Sequence record: LC483177.1 | Length of the DNA stretch: 64,000 nucleotides | Source: Klebsiella phage 05F01 | Reading direction: 5' to 3' (one strand) | Shown: positions 33,710 to 42,827 of the stretch, one piece after another | How the letters are laid out: the number at the start of each line of letters is the position of its first letter | How positions within the stretch are numbered: position 1 is the stretch's first letter | Notes under the pieces: generated by a model | Databases searched by the model: none | What the model saw: the letters and a program-made list of their open reading frames with translations, nothing else | What the model was told of the DNA's origin: nothing | Position numbers and translations under genes: made by a program

Positions 33710-34608
33710 AACTTAAAGACTTACTTGTAAAGTATTCTGATGACGTTGACCATCTACTTGACAAGATTAAAAATATCTGGGATAGTGACGTAGAATTCAT
33801 AACTCAAGACAATAGTGGTGAAGTTTGTTTTTGGAGGAATGTTAATTTATATCATGAATCTAAAGATAAAGGCTGGTTTAGTGAGGAAGGTGATTCTCTG
33901 GTTATATATGAATTCCTCTTTAACGGTGAGGTTGCAGATGATTATGAGACAGCAGTAATTAAAAAAGAGGATTATTTAAACATGGTAAATAAAAAAGATA
34001 TTTATAAACTTGCATTCTATACTAATACAATTACAAAGGATCAGCTGCAAAAACTTTATGATATTTTACATGACAATGGTGTAGATACCTACTTTGAATC
34101 AGCAGAAGCACATGCATCAAGTAGTAATATCTTTAGTAAAGACGATCATACTATTTTTCTATGTGGTGATGTTGGTATTGAAGGGGGTAGACACAATGCT
34201 AATCTGCGAGAGATTGTCTCTTATGAGGAATTTTATTCTTTACTAAAAGAGAAACACCCGTTGGTAAAAGAAAAATCACCATCTCCACGTTTCCATAAGA
34301 AGCGAATCCCTGTTCCTGTTCGCAAGAAGGTGGATGTTGTTGTAAAATATAAAGATGGGTCTAGATATTGCTTTAAAGATGTAGTATACTGGAATGCTAC
34401 CGAAAACTCCTTCTATGTTAAAGAACGTAAAGTGGTTTCAGAAGGCATTGAGTCATCTATTGGTACATACATTGATAAAAAATATATCCAATCAGTTAAT
34501 ATCAAAGAGATTGGTGGATCTGTGAACATTGTCAGTGTAACGGATTTCTGGTATTACGGAGACTCAAGTAAGTTTTTCGGTGAAGGACTCTTCTCAAAAT
34601 CTTACTAA
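33706..34608 (+). CDS. hypothetical protein with a basic linker + conserved C-terminal module (2 of 3)
   Basis: RKKVDVVVKYKDGSRYCFKDVVYWN. Confidence 0.5.
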   Translation: MKLKDLLVKYSDDVDHLLDKIKNIWDSDVEFITQDNSGEVCFWRNVNLYHESKDKGWFSEEGDSLVIYEFLFNGEVADDYETAVIKKEDYLNMVNKKDIYKLAFYTNTITKDQLQKLYDILHDNGVDTYFESAEAHASSSNIFSKDDHTIFLCGDVGIEGGRHNANLREIVSYEEFYSLLKEKHPLVKEKSPSPRFHKKRIPVPVRKKVDVVVKYKDGSRYCFKDVVYWNATENSFYVKERKVVSEGIESSIGTYIDKKYIQSVNIKEIGGSVNIVSVTDFWYYGDSSKFFGEGLFSKSY

Positions 34609-34612
34609 TATA

Positions 34613-34637
34613 AGCCCCTTTTGGGGCTTTATTTTTA
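34613..34637 (+). terminator. rho-independent terminator: AAGCCCC-ttt-GGGGCTT + T-run
   Basis: Hairpin followed by TATTTTTAT. Confidence 0.6.
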
Positions 34638-34647
34638 TCTAAAGTAG

Positions 34648-34676
34648 TTGACATAGTATGTAGGGTAAGATAAAGT
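34648..34676 (+). promoter_or_regulatory. sigma70-like promoter: AAAGTAGTTGACA-17nt-TAAAGT
   Basis: Consensus -35 with an A-rich upstream region. The -10 is imperfect. Confidence 0.4.
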
Positions 34677-34702
34677 GTATTCATGAAAACAAATGAGGAA
34701 AC

Positions 34703-35365
34703 ATGATGACTATCAAACATATCTCTTTCGATGTATGGAATACCTTAATCACTGCCAATAAGGGGTATGCTTTAGAGCGTTCTCAGGTGATATCTTACTT
34801 TGCAGGTATTTCCACTAAAGAAGCAGCAGAAGCTTATGCACTTGTTAAAATGTCACTTGATATGGACGCTTCTCTTGGTATCTGTAATGGTGTAAGTCAT
34901 GCATGGTATGAACTAGGTAAGTTTTTGGGAGTAGATAGGTCAACAGCAGATAAAATCAGAACGCACTGTGAGAAAGCTTTTATTGCAAACCCACCTCACC
35001 TTGATAAATCTCTGGTTGACGAGTTATCTGCTCTTAGTAATAAACATGAGTTGAGTATTAAAAGTAATACCAACTTTATTTCAGGAGAGGTATTATCTGA
35101 GACTTTGGGTTTTTATGAGATGCCGTGGTGGAGCTTCACCCACTTCTCGGATGATTATGGTTGGTGCAAACCAGATCCACTATTCTTCCAATGGACACAG
35201 GTTTGTAGTGATATTCAAGGTATTCGTGCAGAAGAAATTTTACATGTAGGTGATAGTGAAATTTTTGATGGCAAATGTGTTGACATTGGATTTAACTTCT
35301 GTAAAATTGATAACCCTGAACACTTACTGAATAAACTTAAAAATGGAGAACTCATTAATGCGTAA
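34703..35365 (+). CDS. HAD-superfamily hydrolase (variant motif I)
   Basis: ISFDVWNTLI is motif I with the second Asp replaced. HVGDSEIFD is motif IV. Confidence 0.45.
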   Translation: MMTIKHISFDVWNTLITANKGYALERSQVISYFAGISTKEAAEAYALVKMSLDMDASLGICNGVSHAWYELGKFLGVDRSTADKIRTHCEKAFIANPPHLDKSLVDELSALSNKHELSIKSNTNFISGEVLSETLGFYEMPWWSFTHFSDDYGWCKPDPLFFQWTQVCSDIQGIRAEEILHVGDSEIFDGKCVDIGFNFCKIDNPEHLLNKLKNGELINA

Positions 35366-36185
35366 AACAACTCAATTCTTTGCACACAATTTTTCATCTC
35401 TGGCTGATGCAGGTTTTTCTACAGATGACTACTCCAAACTTAAATTTGGTAGTAATCAGTCAGCAAAGCGTTTGGGTTATGAATTAGCAGATAGGTTCTT
35501 TATTACTAAATGTGCTGATAAGTTTAATGAGCGATTCGTGGTAATTCCTTCACCATACAATCATGTTCACAATGCAGCAACAGAAATGTCTAATCATTTT
35601 GTAAACCGATTGAATTATCTATTCTCATGCAATAAGTATAAGAATAGTGTGGAGTGGGATATTATTCACCGTAAAGTCAGTTATATCAATGATTATGGTT
35701 TCTTGAGCAAAGAGGATCGTAAATCACTTATTGATGGGGATAGCTTCTACCTCAATAAAGAATTCTGGAGTGGAAAGACACTTATTTTTATTGATGATGT
35801 CAACATTACTGGTACCCATGAAGATAAGCTAGTAGACATTCTTAACGAAAATGAAGTAGAAAATGACACTTATTTTCTTTACTTTGCAAAATACACAGGG
35901 ACCGAGGCTAATACCGAAGCTGCATTAAACTTCAGCTATATCCATAGTGTAGAGAAGTTTATTGAGATGATTAAGGAAGAACATGATGCTAAATGTCTGG
36001 TTCGACCAATTAAGTATTTGATGTCTCAACCTGAGATAACATTTAAAGTGGCGATTTCACAATTACCAACCAACTATGTTGAACACTTGTTTTTCGGTTG
36101 CTTGGCAGAAGGCTATGACAAGATTGAAAAATACAATGAGAACTTTGAGTTCTTGAAACATTTCTATGAAAGTAATATCATGTAA
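35343..36185 (+). CDS. type I phosphoribosyltransferase-fold protein (PRPP-binding motif)
   Basis: TLIFIDDVNITGTHEDKL matches the hhhhDDhxxTGxT PRPP loop. The upstream VVIPSPYN resembles the PRTase and Prs pattern. Confidence 0.4.
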   Translation: MENSLMRKTTQFFAHNFSSLADAGFSTDDYSKLKFGSNQSAKRLGYELADRFFITKCADKFNERFVVIPSPYNHVHNAATEMSNHFVNRLNYLFSCNKYKNSVEWDIIHRKVSYINDYGFLSKEDRKSLIDGDSFYLNKEFWSGKTLIFIDDVNITGTHEDKLVDILNENEVENDTYFLYFAKYTGTEANTEAALNFSYIHSVEKFIEMIKEEHDAKCLVRPIKYLMSQPEITFKVAISQLPTNYVEHLFFGCLAEGYDKIEKYNENFEFLKHFYESNIM

Positions 36186-36196
36186 GGAGAGATAAA

Positions 36197-36823
36197 ATGA
36201 GTAAATTTAAAGCAGGTGATGTAGTGGTTCGTATCAATTCCACTCTAGGCGAGTCTAATTACAGCTTAGAAGAAGTGCCTATTGGATATGTGGGTGTTGT
36301 TTATGAAGGGTTCACTGATGATGATTATTTTGATTTTGGTGACAAATTCAAATACACGTATGACGATGAGGATTTTGTGTTAGCAATTTCATCTTCACCA
36401 TTATTGAGTAAGTCAGCTTATGGTGAATTCCTTGAATCAGCACAGGCGATTGCTAAAGTGCAAGGGAAAGCTTGTATTGATGAAATTACAGCTACTATTA
36501 GTAAACTTACTGCTATCCACACATATGTTGACGATGTAATTGCTGAGTTGGAAAAAATTAAAGATGAAGTATCTAAGGTTGAAAAATTCACATCAGAGCA
36601 ACTTGAAATTCTTTCAGCTTCTGTAAAAATCACCAAGTTAGTGGGTGAATACTATCGTGATGGTAAAAGTGAACCTCTGTTCTTGAATGGTAGTGGTAAG
36701 ATTCGTCCTCCTATGAACACTCAACTGCCAACAGATACATTTAGTATTGATGAAGTAGAAGGGACATTGGCTGGTATTTCTTTAGATAAAGAAGCTATCC
36801 TCACTTTGCTGCGTAGTTTTTAA
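36197..36823 (+). CDS. hypothetical protein (208 aa)
   Basis: ORF with an AAGGAGAGATAAA RBS. Confidence 0.5.
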   Translation: MSKFKAGDVVVRINSTLGESNYSLEEVPIGYVGVVYEGFTDDDYFDFGDKFKYTYDDEDFVLAISSSPLLSKSAYGEFLESAQAIAKVQGKACIDEITATISKLTAIHTYVDDVIAELEKIKDEVSKVEKFTSEQLEILSASVKITKLVGEYYRDGKSEPLFLNGSGKIRPPMNTQLPTDTFSIDEVEGTLAGISLDKEAILTLLRSF

Positions 36824-36826
36824 ATA

Positions 36827-36850
36827 AAGGGGCGCAAGCCCCTTATTTTT
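36827..36850 (+). terminator. rho-independent terminator: AAGGGGC-gcaa-GCCCCTT + ATTTTT
   Basis: GNRA-type tetraloop hairpin followed by a T-run. Confidence 0.6.
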
Positions 36851-36860
36851 AGGGTACAAT

Positions 36861-37202
36861 ATGTCAGACTTCAGTTATGTAAAGATGGTTAAAGCAAATA
36901 AAGTCCATAGATGTTGTGAATGTAGGGGTAAAATACATAAATCAGATAAGTATGAAAAATCTTTTATTGTTCAGGATGGTGATGTAAGTGAATATAAAGT
37001 ATGTAAACACTGCTGTGAGTCTCGTGATTGGTTATTAGACCATACAGACTGGAACCATGATATTGATGGAGAAGGGCATTCTTTTTATTACACAATGCTA
37101 CGAGAACATCTGAAGGAGCAAGCCACATATGGTAATAAAGATCTATCTTTTGCTTGCTATAGACATATCGTGAGAATGGACCAAAGGAGAAAAAATGAAT
37201 AA
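36861..37202 (+). CDS. zinc-ribbon protein (CCxC...CxxCC)
   Basis: HRCCECRGK...VCKHCCES. First gene of the operon that also holds the PARP-like and radical-SAM genes. Confidence 0.5.
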   Translation: MSDFSYVKMVKANKVHRCCECRGKIHKSDKYEKSFIVQDGDVSEYKVCKHCCESRDWLLDHTDWNHDIDGEGHSFYYTMLREHLKEQATYGNKDLSFACYRHIVRMDQRRKNE

Positions 37203-37333
37203 ACTATATTGGATACTCCTTATTTTGTCATACATCATGTTGAGTTATAATACAATTGAGTCATCTATATTTGGTTCAATGATTCTTATATCTGCAAATA
37301 CAATAGTATTTTATGATTGCAAAAGGAGGGAAA

Positions 37334-38614
37334 ATGTCAGAAAGTAAAATGTTGATTATGTTCGATTCTAAGAATAACAACAATAAATATTATGAAGCTA
37401 CATTAGATGATGCAGGAAATATCTCTGTTCGTTATGGGCGTGTTGGTGGTGGTGCTCAAACCACATCATATTCTGGTGGTAAACGTAAATTTGATAGCCT
37501 CATCTCCTCTAAAATTAAGAAAGGGTATAAAGAGGCACAACTTGAAGTGGTGAGCAGTGATACCGGATTAGTTAAACGTGGTAACGTTGTTGATGTTGCA
37601 CTGAAGCAGATTGATACTCAAGATGATATGAGTCGTGCTTTAATTCAGACCATCGCTAAAGCAAATATTCATAACATCACAAGCAGCACTAACATTAAAT
37701 ATGATGAAAAAGATGGCTTGTTTAAGACTCCTCTTGGAGTAGTTAAGAAGGAGGCTGTAGAAGAAGCAACTGCTTTACTGAGTAAGATCGAAGTTCATTT
37801 ACCTGCTTACTTAAATGATGGGAGTATGGAAGCAGAAATCTCTTCCCTAAATGACTCTTATTTTGTGCTTATTCCAAATAAGGTAAATACTACACGAGAT
37901 AAACGTTTTCTTCTCTTTAGTCAGAAAAATATTGATGTTCAAAAATCTGTATGTAAGGCACTATTGGAGACACTAGACCTTATTGAAGATCTTAAAAACA
38001 ATACAAATGAAGAAGAAAAAGTTGAAGTAGAGAAGATCTTTAACTTAGAAATCTCTCATGTAGAAGATGCCCAAACTATTGACCGTATTGTAAAATACTA
38101 CAATGAGAGTAAAAACTCCGATCATGGTGGTAGAATTATGGGGAGTCGTGTTAAAAACATTTACAAGATTAATCTGGGTAATCAGCAACAGCCTTTTGAG
38201 GAAGCTAAAGAGAAGTATGGGAACGTCCATGAGTTCTGGCATGGCACACGTGTAGCTAACCTCCTCTCTATCTTCTGTAAAGGACTTATGATGCCTAAAG
38301 AGAGTCCTGGAGCTAAGGCTGGTGCAATGTTTGGTTATGGAATTTACTTTGCTAACCAAAGTTCAAAAAGTATTAACTATTGTGACGGAATGTACTGGAC
38401 AGGTGGAAGTAACAGTGGTAAAGTTTACATGTTCCTTGCTTCTGTGGCTGTAGGTAAAGCGTATACGCCACCTCATTCTACACAAAGTAATCCACCAAAA
38501 GGTTATGATAGCTATTGGGCTAAAGCAGGTAAGTCTGGTGTTAGAAACGATGAGATCATTGTCTTTGACTTGAGTCAAGTTAGACTTGATTATTTACTCG
38601 AAATTGAAATCTAA
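37334..38614 (+). CDS. PARP-like ADP-ribosyltransferase (WGR domain + helical domain + catalytic domain with an H-Y-E triad)
   Basis: WGR-like YYEATLDDAGNISVRYGRVGG. Catalytic HGTR, GYGIYFA and NDEIIVFD (E-x-E-type Glu). Start moved to the ATG with an AGGAGGG RBS. Confidence 0.7.
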   Translation: MSESKMLIMFDSKNNNNKYYEATLDDAGNISVRYGRVGGGAQTTSYSGGKRKFDSLISSKIKKGYKEAQLEVVSSDTGLVKRGNVVDVALKQIDTQDDMSRALIQTIAKANIHNITSSTNIKYDEKDGLFKTPLGVVKKEAVEEATALLSKIEVHLPAYLNDGSMEAEISSLNDSYFVLIPNKVNTTRDKRFLLFSQKNIDVQKSVCKALLETLDLIEDLKNNTNEEEKVEVEKIFNLEISHVEDAQTIDRIVKYYNESKNSDHGGRIMGSRVKNIYKINLGNQQQPFEEAKEKYGNVHEFWHGTRVANLLSIFCKGLMMPKESPGAKAGAMFGYGIYFANQSSKSINYCDGMYWTGGSNSGKVYMFLASVAVGKAYTPPHSTQSNPPKGYDSYWAKAGKSGVRNDEIIVFDLSQVRLDYLLEIEI

Positions 38615-38630
38615 TTAAGGGGAAGGTTTT

Positions 38631-39560
38631 ATGAAGAAGATAGTCTCTGAGAATGGTATGGTGACAAAATACCTCCATAATAATGGAACAGAAACATCCT
38701 TTAAGAAACAGTTATCAGGTAGCTACGTAGATTCACTAGTTAAGCCTGATTTTAAAGATAAGAAAAAGTATAGCTTAGTTTTGTCATGTTCTCATGGATG
38801 TCAGTTATCTTGTTCATTTTGCCACTTAACTCAAAATGGTAAACCTTTCAATAAGATCAACACTGAAGATGTTATTGAAAATATTAAAGAGGTCATTACT
38901 GATCAAATTAATGAAGATCCTTCACTGAAAAGTAAGTATATAAAATTTTGCTGGCTGGGGGAAGGTGAACCATTACTTAATTATGAGATGATTAAGCGTG
39001 CTACTATTGAAGTGCTATTTTGGGTATTAGAAAACAAATATGCTCTTGGTTTGGATGGAGTTGACATTTCAACTTCAATGCCAAGGGTCAAGAAAGAAAC
39101 AATAAAGGATCTTAAATGGTTCAATAAATATCTTTCTGTATTCAATAAAAACCCAAACAACAAAGATAAAACAGCACTAAGATTATTTTATTCTTTACAT
39201 GCAGTAGATAATGACATTAGGTCTAAAATGATGCCAAAAACCATTCATATTAATGATGCTGTGAAATGCATGAAGGAAGTTGGTGATGAATTTGGAATTG
39301 ACACAATTTTCCATTATACATGGATAGAAGGTAAGAATGATTCAGATGATGATGTAGATAATCTTATTAAGTTTTGGAATGAGAACTCTCTACAGAAAAG
39401 TCAACTTCGTGTCTTAAGGTACAATAGTGGGACTAATCTAGATGAAGAAAGTGAAAATCTTGGTAAGATAATTTCAAAATTAAAGAAATTCATTCCAAAT
39501 CTGAAAGTTCAACATTCAGCAGGAAAAGAGGTCCAATCTTCTTGTGGTATGTTCAACTAA
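38631..39560 (+). CDS. RlmN/Cfr-family radical-SAM RNA methyltransferase homolog (minimal, without the N-terminal domain)
   Basis: [20 protein letters not shown] matches the RlmN segment [20 protein letters not shown] (Cx3Cx2C plus the extra upstream Cys). Further matches: [23 protein letters not shown] (SLHAPNDEIR) and a C-terminal SSCGMF (the CGQL methyl-Cys region). Confidence 0.7.
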   Translation: [309 protein letters not shown]

Positions 39561-39615
39561 TCTTGATTAAGATCATTATAAAAAGTGATGGAATACGTTA
39601 AAATAATAAGACACA

Positions 39616-39640
39616 AGCCGGAATTTTCCGGCTTTATTTC
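39616..39640 (+). terminator. rho-independent terminator: AGCCGG-aatttt-CCGGCT + TTATTT
   Basis: Hairpin followed by a T-run after the radical-SAM gene. Confidence 0.55.
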
Positions 39641-39654
39641 ATTATGGAGGATAA

Positions 39655-41769
39655 GTGAAAAAAGTTATTAAGCGTGATGGCAGAAAAGAAAATTATGATG
39701 AAGGCAAGATTTATCAGGCAGTGTATCAGGCTGCAAATAGTATCAACCTACTATCATTAACTTGTGAAGAAATTGCTAATGATGTTGCAGAGCACATTTC
39801 AAATAAAGTAAAGAATAGAGATGAATTAAAAATAAAAGATATTGAGTCTCTGGTAGAAAATTATCTTATGTCAAAGAATAAGACCAGAGATGTGGCAAGA
39901 AAGTATATTGAATATCGTCATGATAGAGATAGTGCAAGAGAATCTGGCGGAAAACTCTATAATGATTTGTTAGGTTTTCTTGACCAAAGCAATGAAGAGT
40001 TCACGAGAGAGAATGCCAATAAACCAAGTACCCTCGTAAACACCCACAGAGACCTCTTAGCGGGTATTTTAAGTAAACACATAGCAACCACACAGATTCT
40101 CCCTAAAAACCTCTCAGAATGGCATAGAGAAGGTTGGGGACACATTCATGACTTAGATTATTTAGTTAGTCCTCTCACGAATTGTTGTTTGGTTAACTAT
40201 CGTGATATGTTAGAGAATGGATTTAAGATTGGTAATGCTCAAATTGAAAAACCCAAGTCAATTGGTGTAGCTACTACAGTGCTTACTCAAATCATTCAAG
40301 CTGTAGCATCTAGTCAATATGGTGGACAAACTTGTGCTCATATTGATTCAGGATTGAAACAGTATGTAGAACTCTCTTTCAATAAGAATGTAAAACTTAT
40401 TAGGAACTTGTTTGGTGCTGAAATAAAAACAAACGCTATGCAACTCACCGAACAAGATGTATATGATGCAATGCAGACGCTTATCTATCAAGTCAATACC
40501 TTAATGAGTGTAAATGGTCAATCTCCTTTTATTACTATCAGTCTGGGACTAGATACCTCAGAATTTGGTAGAATGATCACCAGGAATTATTTACAGATCC
40601 ATAAAGAAGGGTTAGGGGTTGATAAAGTCACTCCCGTATTCCCTAAAGTTATCTTCTTCCTTGAAGAAGGTGTTAATATGAATCCAGGTGACCCTAATTA
40701 TGATTTAAAACAATTGGCACTGGAGTGTTGTTCTGAACGTATTTATCCAGATTTTATTTCAGTTCCTCGTAATAAGATGGTAACTAATTCTTCTGATGGA
40801 CATGTAACCAGCATGGGATGCAGGTCGTTCCTTTCTTACTATGCTACTGAGCAAGGTGAGAAATATGATGGGAGATTTAATCTTGGTGTTGTCTCTGTCA
40901 ATCTTCCTATGATTGCCAAAGATTGTGTAGTAAATGGGAAGCTCTTCATTGAAGAACTCTATAAGCACATGAGGAACGCCTTTGATGCCCATATGGTGAG
41001 GATTAATCGGTTAAAAGGAACAAAAGCAAAACAAAATCCTGTCTTGTTCATGGAAGGTGCATTATCACGTCTGGATGCAGAAGATACTATTGACAAACTT
41101 TTCTATAAAGGATATGCTTCAGCTAGCTTTGGCTATGTTGGGTTATATGAAGCTGTTCAGATTTTGTATCCTAATACATCTCTAGAAGAGTATCGAGAAA
41201 AAGGATCTTTTATTCTTGATCGAATGCAGAGTATGTCAGATGAATATAAAAATAAGACTAATATTAGCTTCAGTCTTTATGGTACCCCTGCTGAAAGCTT
41301 GTGTTACAAATTTGCATCTCAACTTAATGATAAGTTCCCTGGAACATTAGAAAAAGATTATTTAACAAACTCTTTTCATGTCCCTGTTGATGTAGCTGTT
41401 AACCCATTCACTAAATGGGAAATTGAATCTGGATTTGACATTTTAAGTAGTGGTGGGAATATCGGGTATGTTGAGACACCTAATCTAAAAGGGAATATGA
41501 AAGCACTAGAGACGCTTGTTGACTTTGGTTATAGTAATATACATTACTTTGGTATCAATCAGCCAATTGATAAGTGCTTTAAATGTGGGTTCAGTGGTGA
41601 GTTTAAAGCCACACAAGATGGATTTAGTTGTCCTGAATGTGGTAACTCAGATGAAGAAACTATCAGTGTGATTCGTCGTGTTAGTGGATACTTATCTAGT
41701 CCTAATAGTAGACCTTTTAACAAAGGGAAGATGCAAGAAGTTGTCCAACGTGTGAAACACACTAGTTGA
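39655..41769 (+). CDS. nrdD: anaerobic ribonucleoside-triphosphate reductase (class III)
   Basis: N-terminal ATP-cone (VIKRDGRKENYDEGKI). C-terminal Zn ribbon (CFKCG...CPECG) and the glycyl-radical motif RRVSGYL. GTG start with a GGAGG RBS. Confidence 0.85.
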   Translation: MKKVIKRDGRKENYDEGKIYQAVYQAANSINLLSLTCEEIANDVAEHISNKVKNRDELKIKDIESLVENYLMSKNKTRDVARKYIEYRHDRDSARESGGKLYNDLLGFLDQSNEEFTRENANKPSTLVNTHRDLLAGILSKHIATTQILPKNLSEWHREGWGHIHDLDYLVSPLTNCCLVNYRDMLENGFKIGNAQIEKPKSIGVATTVLTQIIQAVASSQYGGQTCAHIDSGLKQYVELSFNKNVKLIRNLFGAEIKTNAMQLTEQDVYDAMQTLIYQVNTLMSVNGQSPFITISLGLDTSEFGRMITRNYLQIHKEGLGVDKVTPVFPKVIFFLEEGVNMNPGDPNYDLKQLALECCSERIYPDFISVPRNKMVTNSSDGHVTSMGCRSFLSYYATEQGEKYDGRFNLGVVSVNLPMIAKDCVVNGKLFIEELYKHMRNAFDAHMVRINRLKGTKAKQNPVLFMEGALSRLDAEDTIDKLFYKGYASASFGYVGLYEAVQILYPNTSLEEYREKGSFILDRMQSMSDEYKNKTNISFSLYGTPAESLCYKFASQLNDKFPGTLEKDYLTNSFHVPVDVAVNPFTKWEIESGFDILSSGGNIGYVETPNLKGNMKALETLVDFGYSNIHYFGINQPIDKCFKCGFSGEFKATQDGFSCPECGNSDEETISVIRRVSGYLSSPNSRPFNKGKMQEVVQRVKHTS

Positions 41770-41779
41770 GGATATAACA

Positions 41780-41998
41780 ATGAATGATAGATATGAAGTT
41801 AAACAAGTAGATTGTGATGATACAAGTTTAGTTCTTGATAATATAAATGGAAAATACATAGGAATTTATATCAGAGAGTCTGGAATAGGGTACACTAGAA
41901 AGATCATAACTTATGAAGAAGCCCTAAGATTAAATGAATGGTTAAGTTTTCAATTGAAAGGTACTTCATTAGGAGGTAAGAATGGGAGAACGAGTTAA
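41780..41998 (+). CDS. hypothetical protein (72 aa)
   Basis: ORF between nrdD and nrdG. Confidence 0.4.
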   Translation: MNDRYEVKQVDCDDTSLVLDNINGKYIGIYIRESGIGYTRKIITYEEALRLNEWLSFQLKGTSLGGKNGRTS

Positions 41999-42126
41999 GG
42001 TAGTGATAGAAAGACGTGGGGACAAATGGTATTCTCTTGGTAAATACTTTAAGCGCTTTGGTCAGTGTAAGAAATATGTCTGGTCAAAGGGATTTAATGG
42101 CGTTAGATTAGATTAAGGAGAGAATA

Positions 42127-42672
42127 ATGAATTATAACTTTAAAGGTAGTCCAGGTAATTGGTTTTATGGGGAGTATGGTGGTGTTGACGGACAGGGCTT
42201 CTTTGTTGGCTCTAATCAGTATTACGACGGCTGCAATTATGTTGCTCGTATAAATGGAACAACAGAAAAACATAAAGCTGATGCAAAACTCATTTCTAAA
42301 TGTCCAGAATTACTTAAAACAATCATTGGAGATAATCACACTCTTCCAGAATTACTAGATTGGGTTGCTGACAGGTTGGTATATGTCTATCATGAGCACC
42401 ATAATGTAGATTTTGTTCAGGAGTTACGGAATAGATCGAAGAAACTTCAAAGTATTCTTGATGAAGTTGTTCATGAAGAGTTGCCAAAGATACTTTCAAG
42501 AGATGAAAAGATAGAGTTCATTAAAATTAGGTACCTCAATAACGAGAATGGTGTTTATTTTTGTAATCAAGATGGTGTCGCTACATATTTTTCACATATG
42601 CATAATATTGTTTTCTCAAGAAAAGAGTGGGAAGATGAAATTTGGCCTAAGTTGCAGCAGGAGGTAAAATGA
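42127..42672 (+). CDS. hypothetical protein (181 aa)
   Basis: ORF between nrdD and nrdG. Confidence 0.5.
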   Translation: MNYNFKGSPGNWFYGEYGGVDGQGFFVGSNQYYDGCNYVARINGTTEKHKADAKLISKCPELLKTIIGDNHTLPELLDWVADRLVYVYHEHHNVDFVQELRNRSKKLQSILDEVVHEELPKILSRDEKIEFIKIRYLNNENGVYFCNQDGVATYFSHMHNIVFSRKEWEDEIWPKLQQEVK

Positions 42673-42827
42673 ATGCATACAAAGAGATCATTGAGGCATT
42701 AGAGTGGTATTTAGGCGATGGCGTAAACCCACTGAGTTCAGACTGTATATATGAAATTATTAATCAAGAGCACGACCCTATTGAAACAATAGCAAAAGCT
42801 CTGGATTATTATAGGGAAAATAAATGA
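42669..42827 (+). CDS. small hypothetical protein (52 aa), not in the ORF track
   Basis: MNAYKEIIEALEWYLGDGVNPLSS... It has ATGA overlaps with both neighbouring genes, suggesting translational coupling. Confidence 0.3.
   Translation: MNAYKEIIEALEWYLGDGVNPLSSDCIYEIINQEHDPIETIAKALDYYRENK

Noticed and set aside
36852-36860. TACAAT hexamer just upstream of the Zn-ribbon gene as a possible -10
   Set aside because: It lies 1 nt from the ATG, too close to serve this gene. The operon promoter was not located confidently.
37313-37333. Upstream ATG given by the ORF track as the PARP start
   Set aside because: The AGGAGGG RBS lies between the two ATGs, so the downstream ATG (37334) is the likely start.
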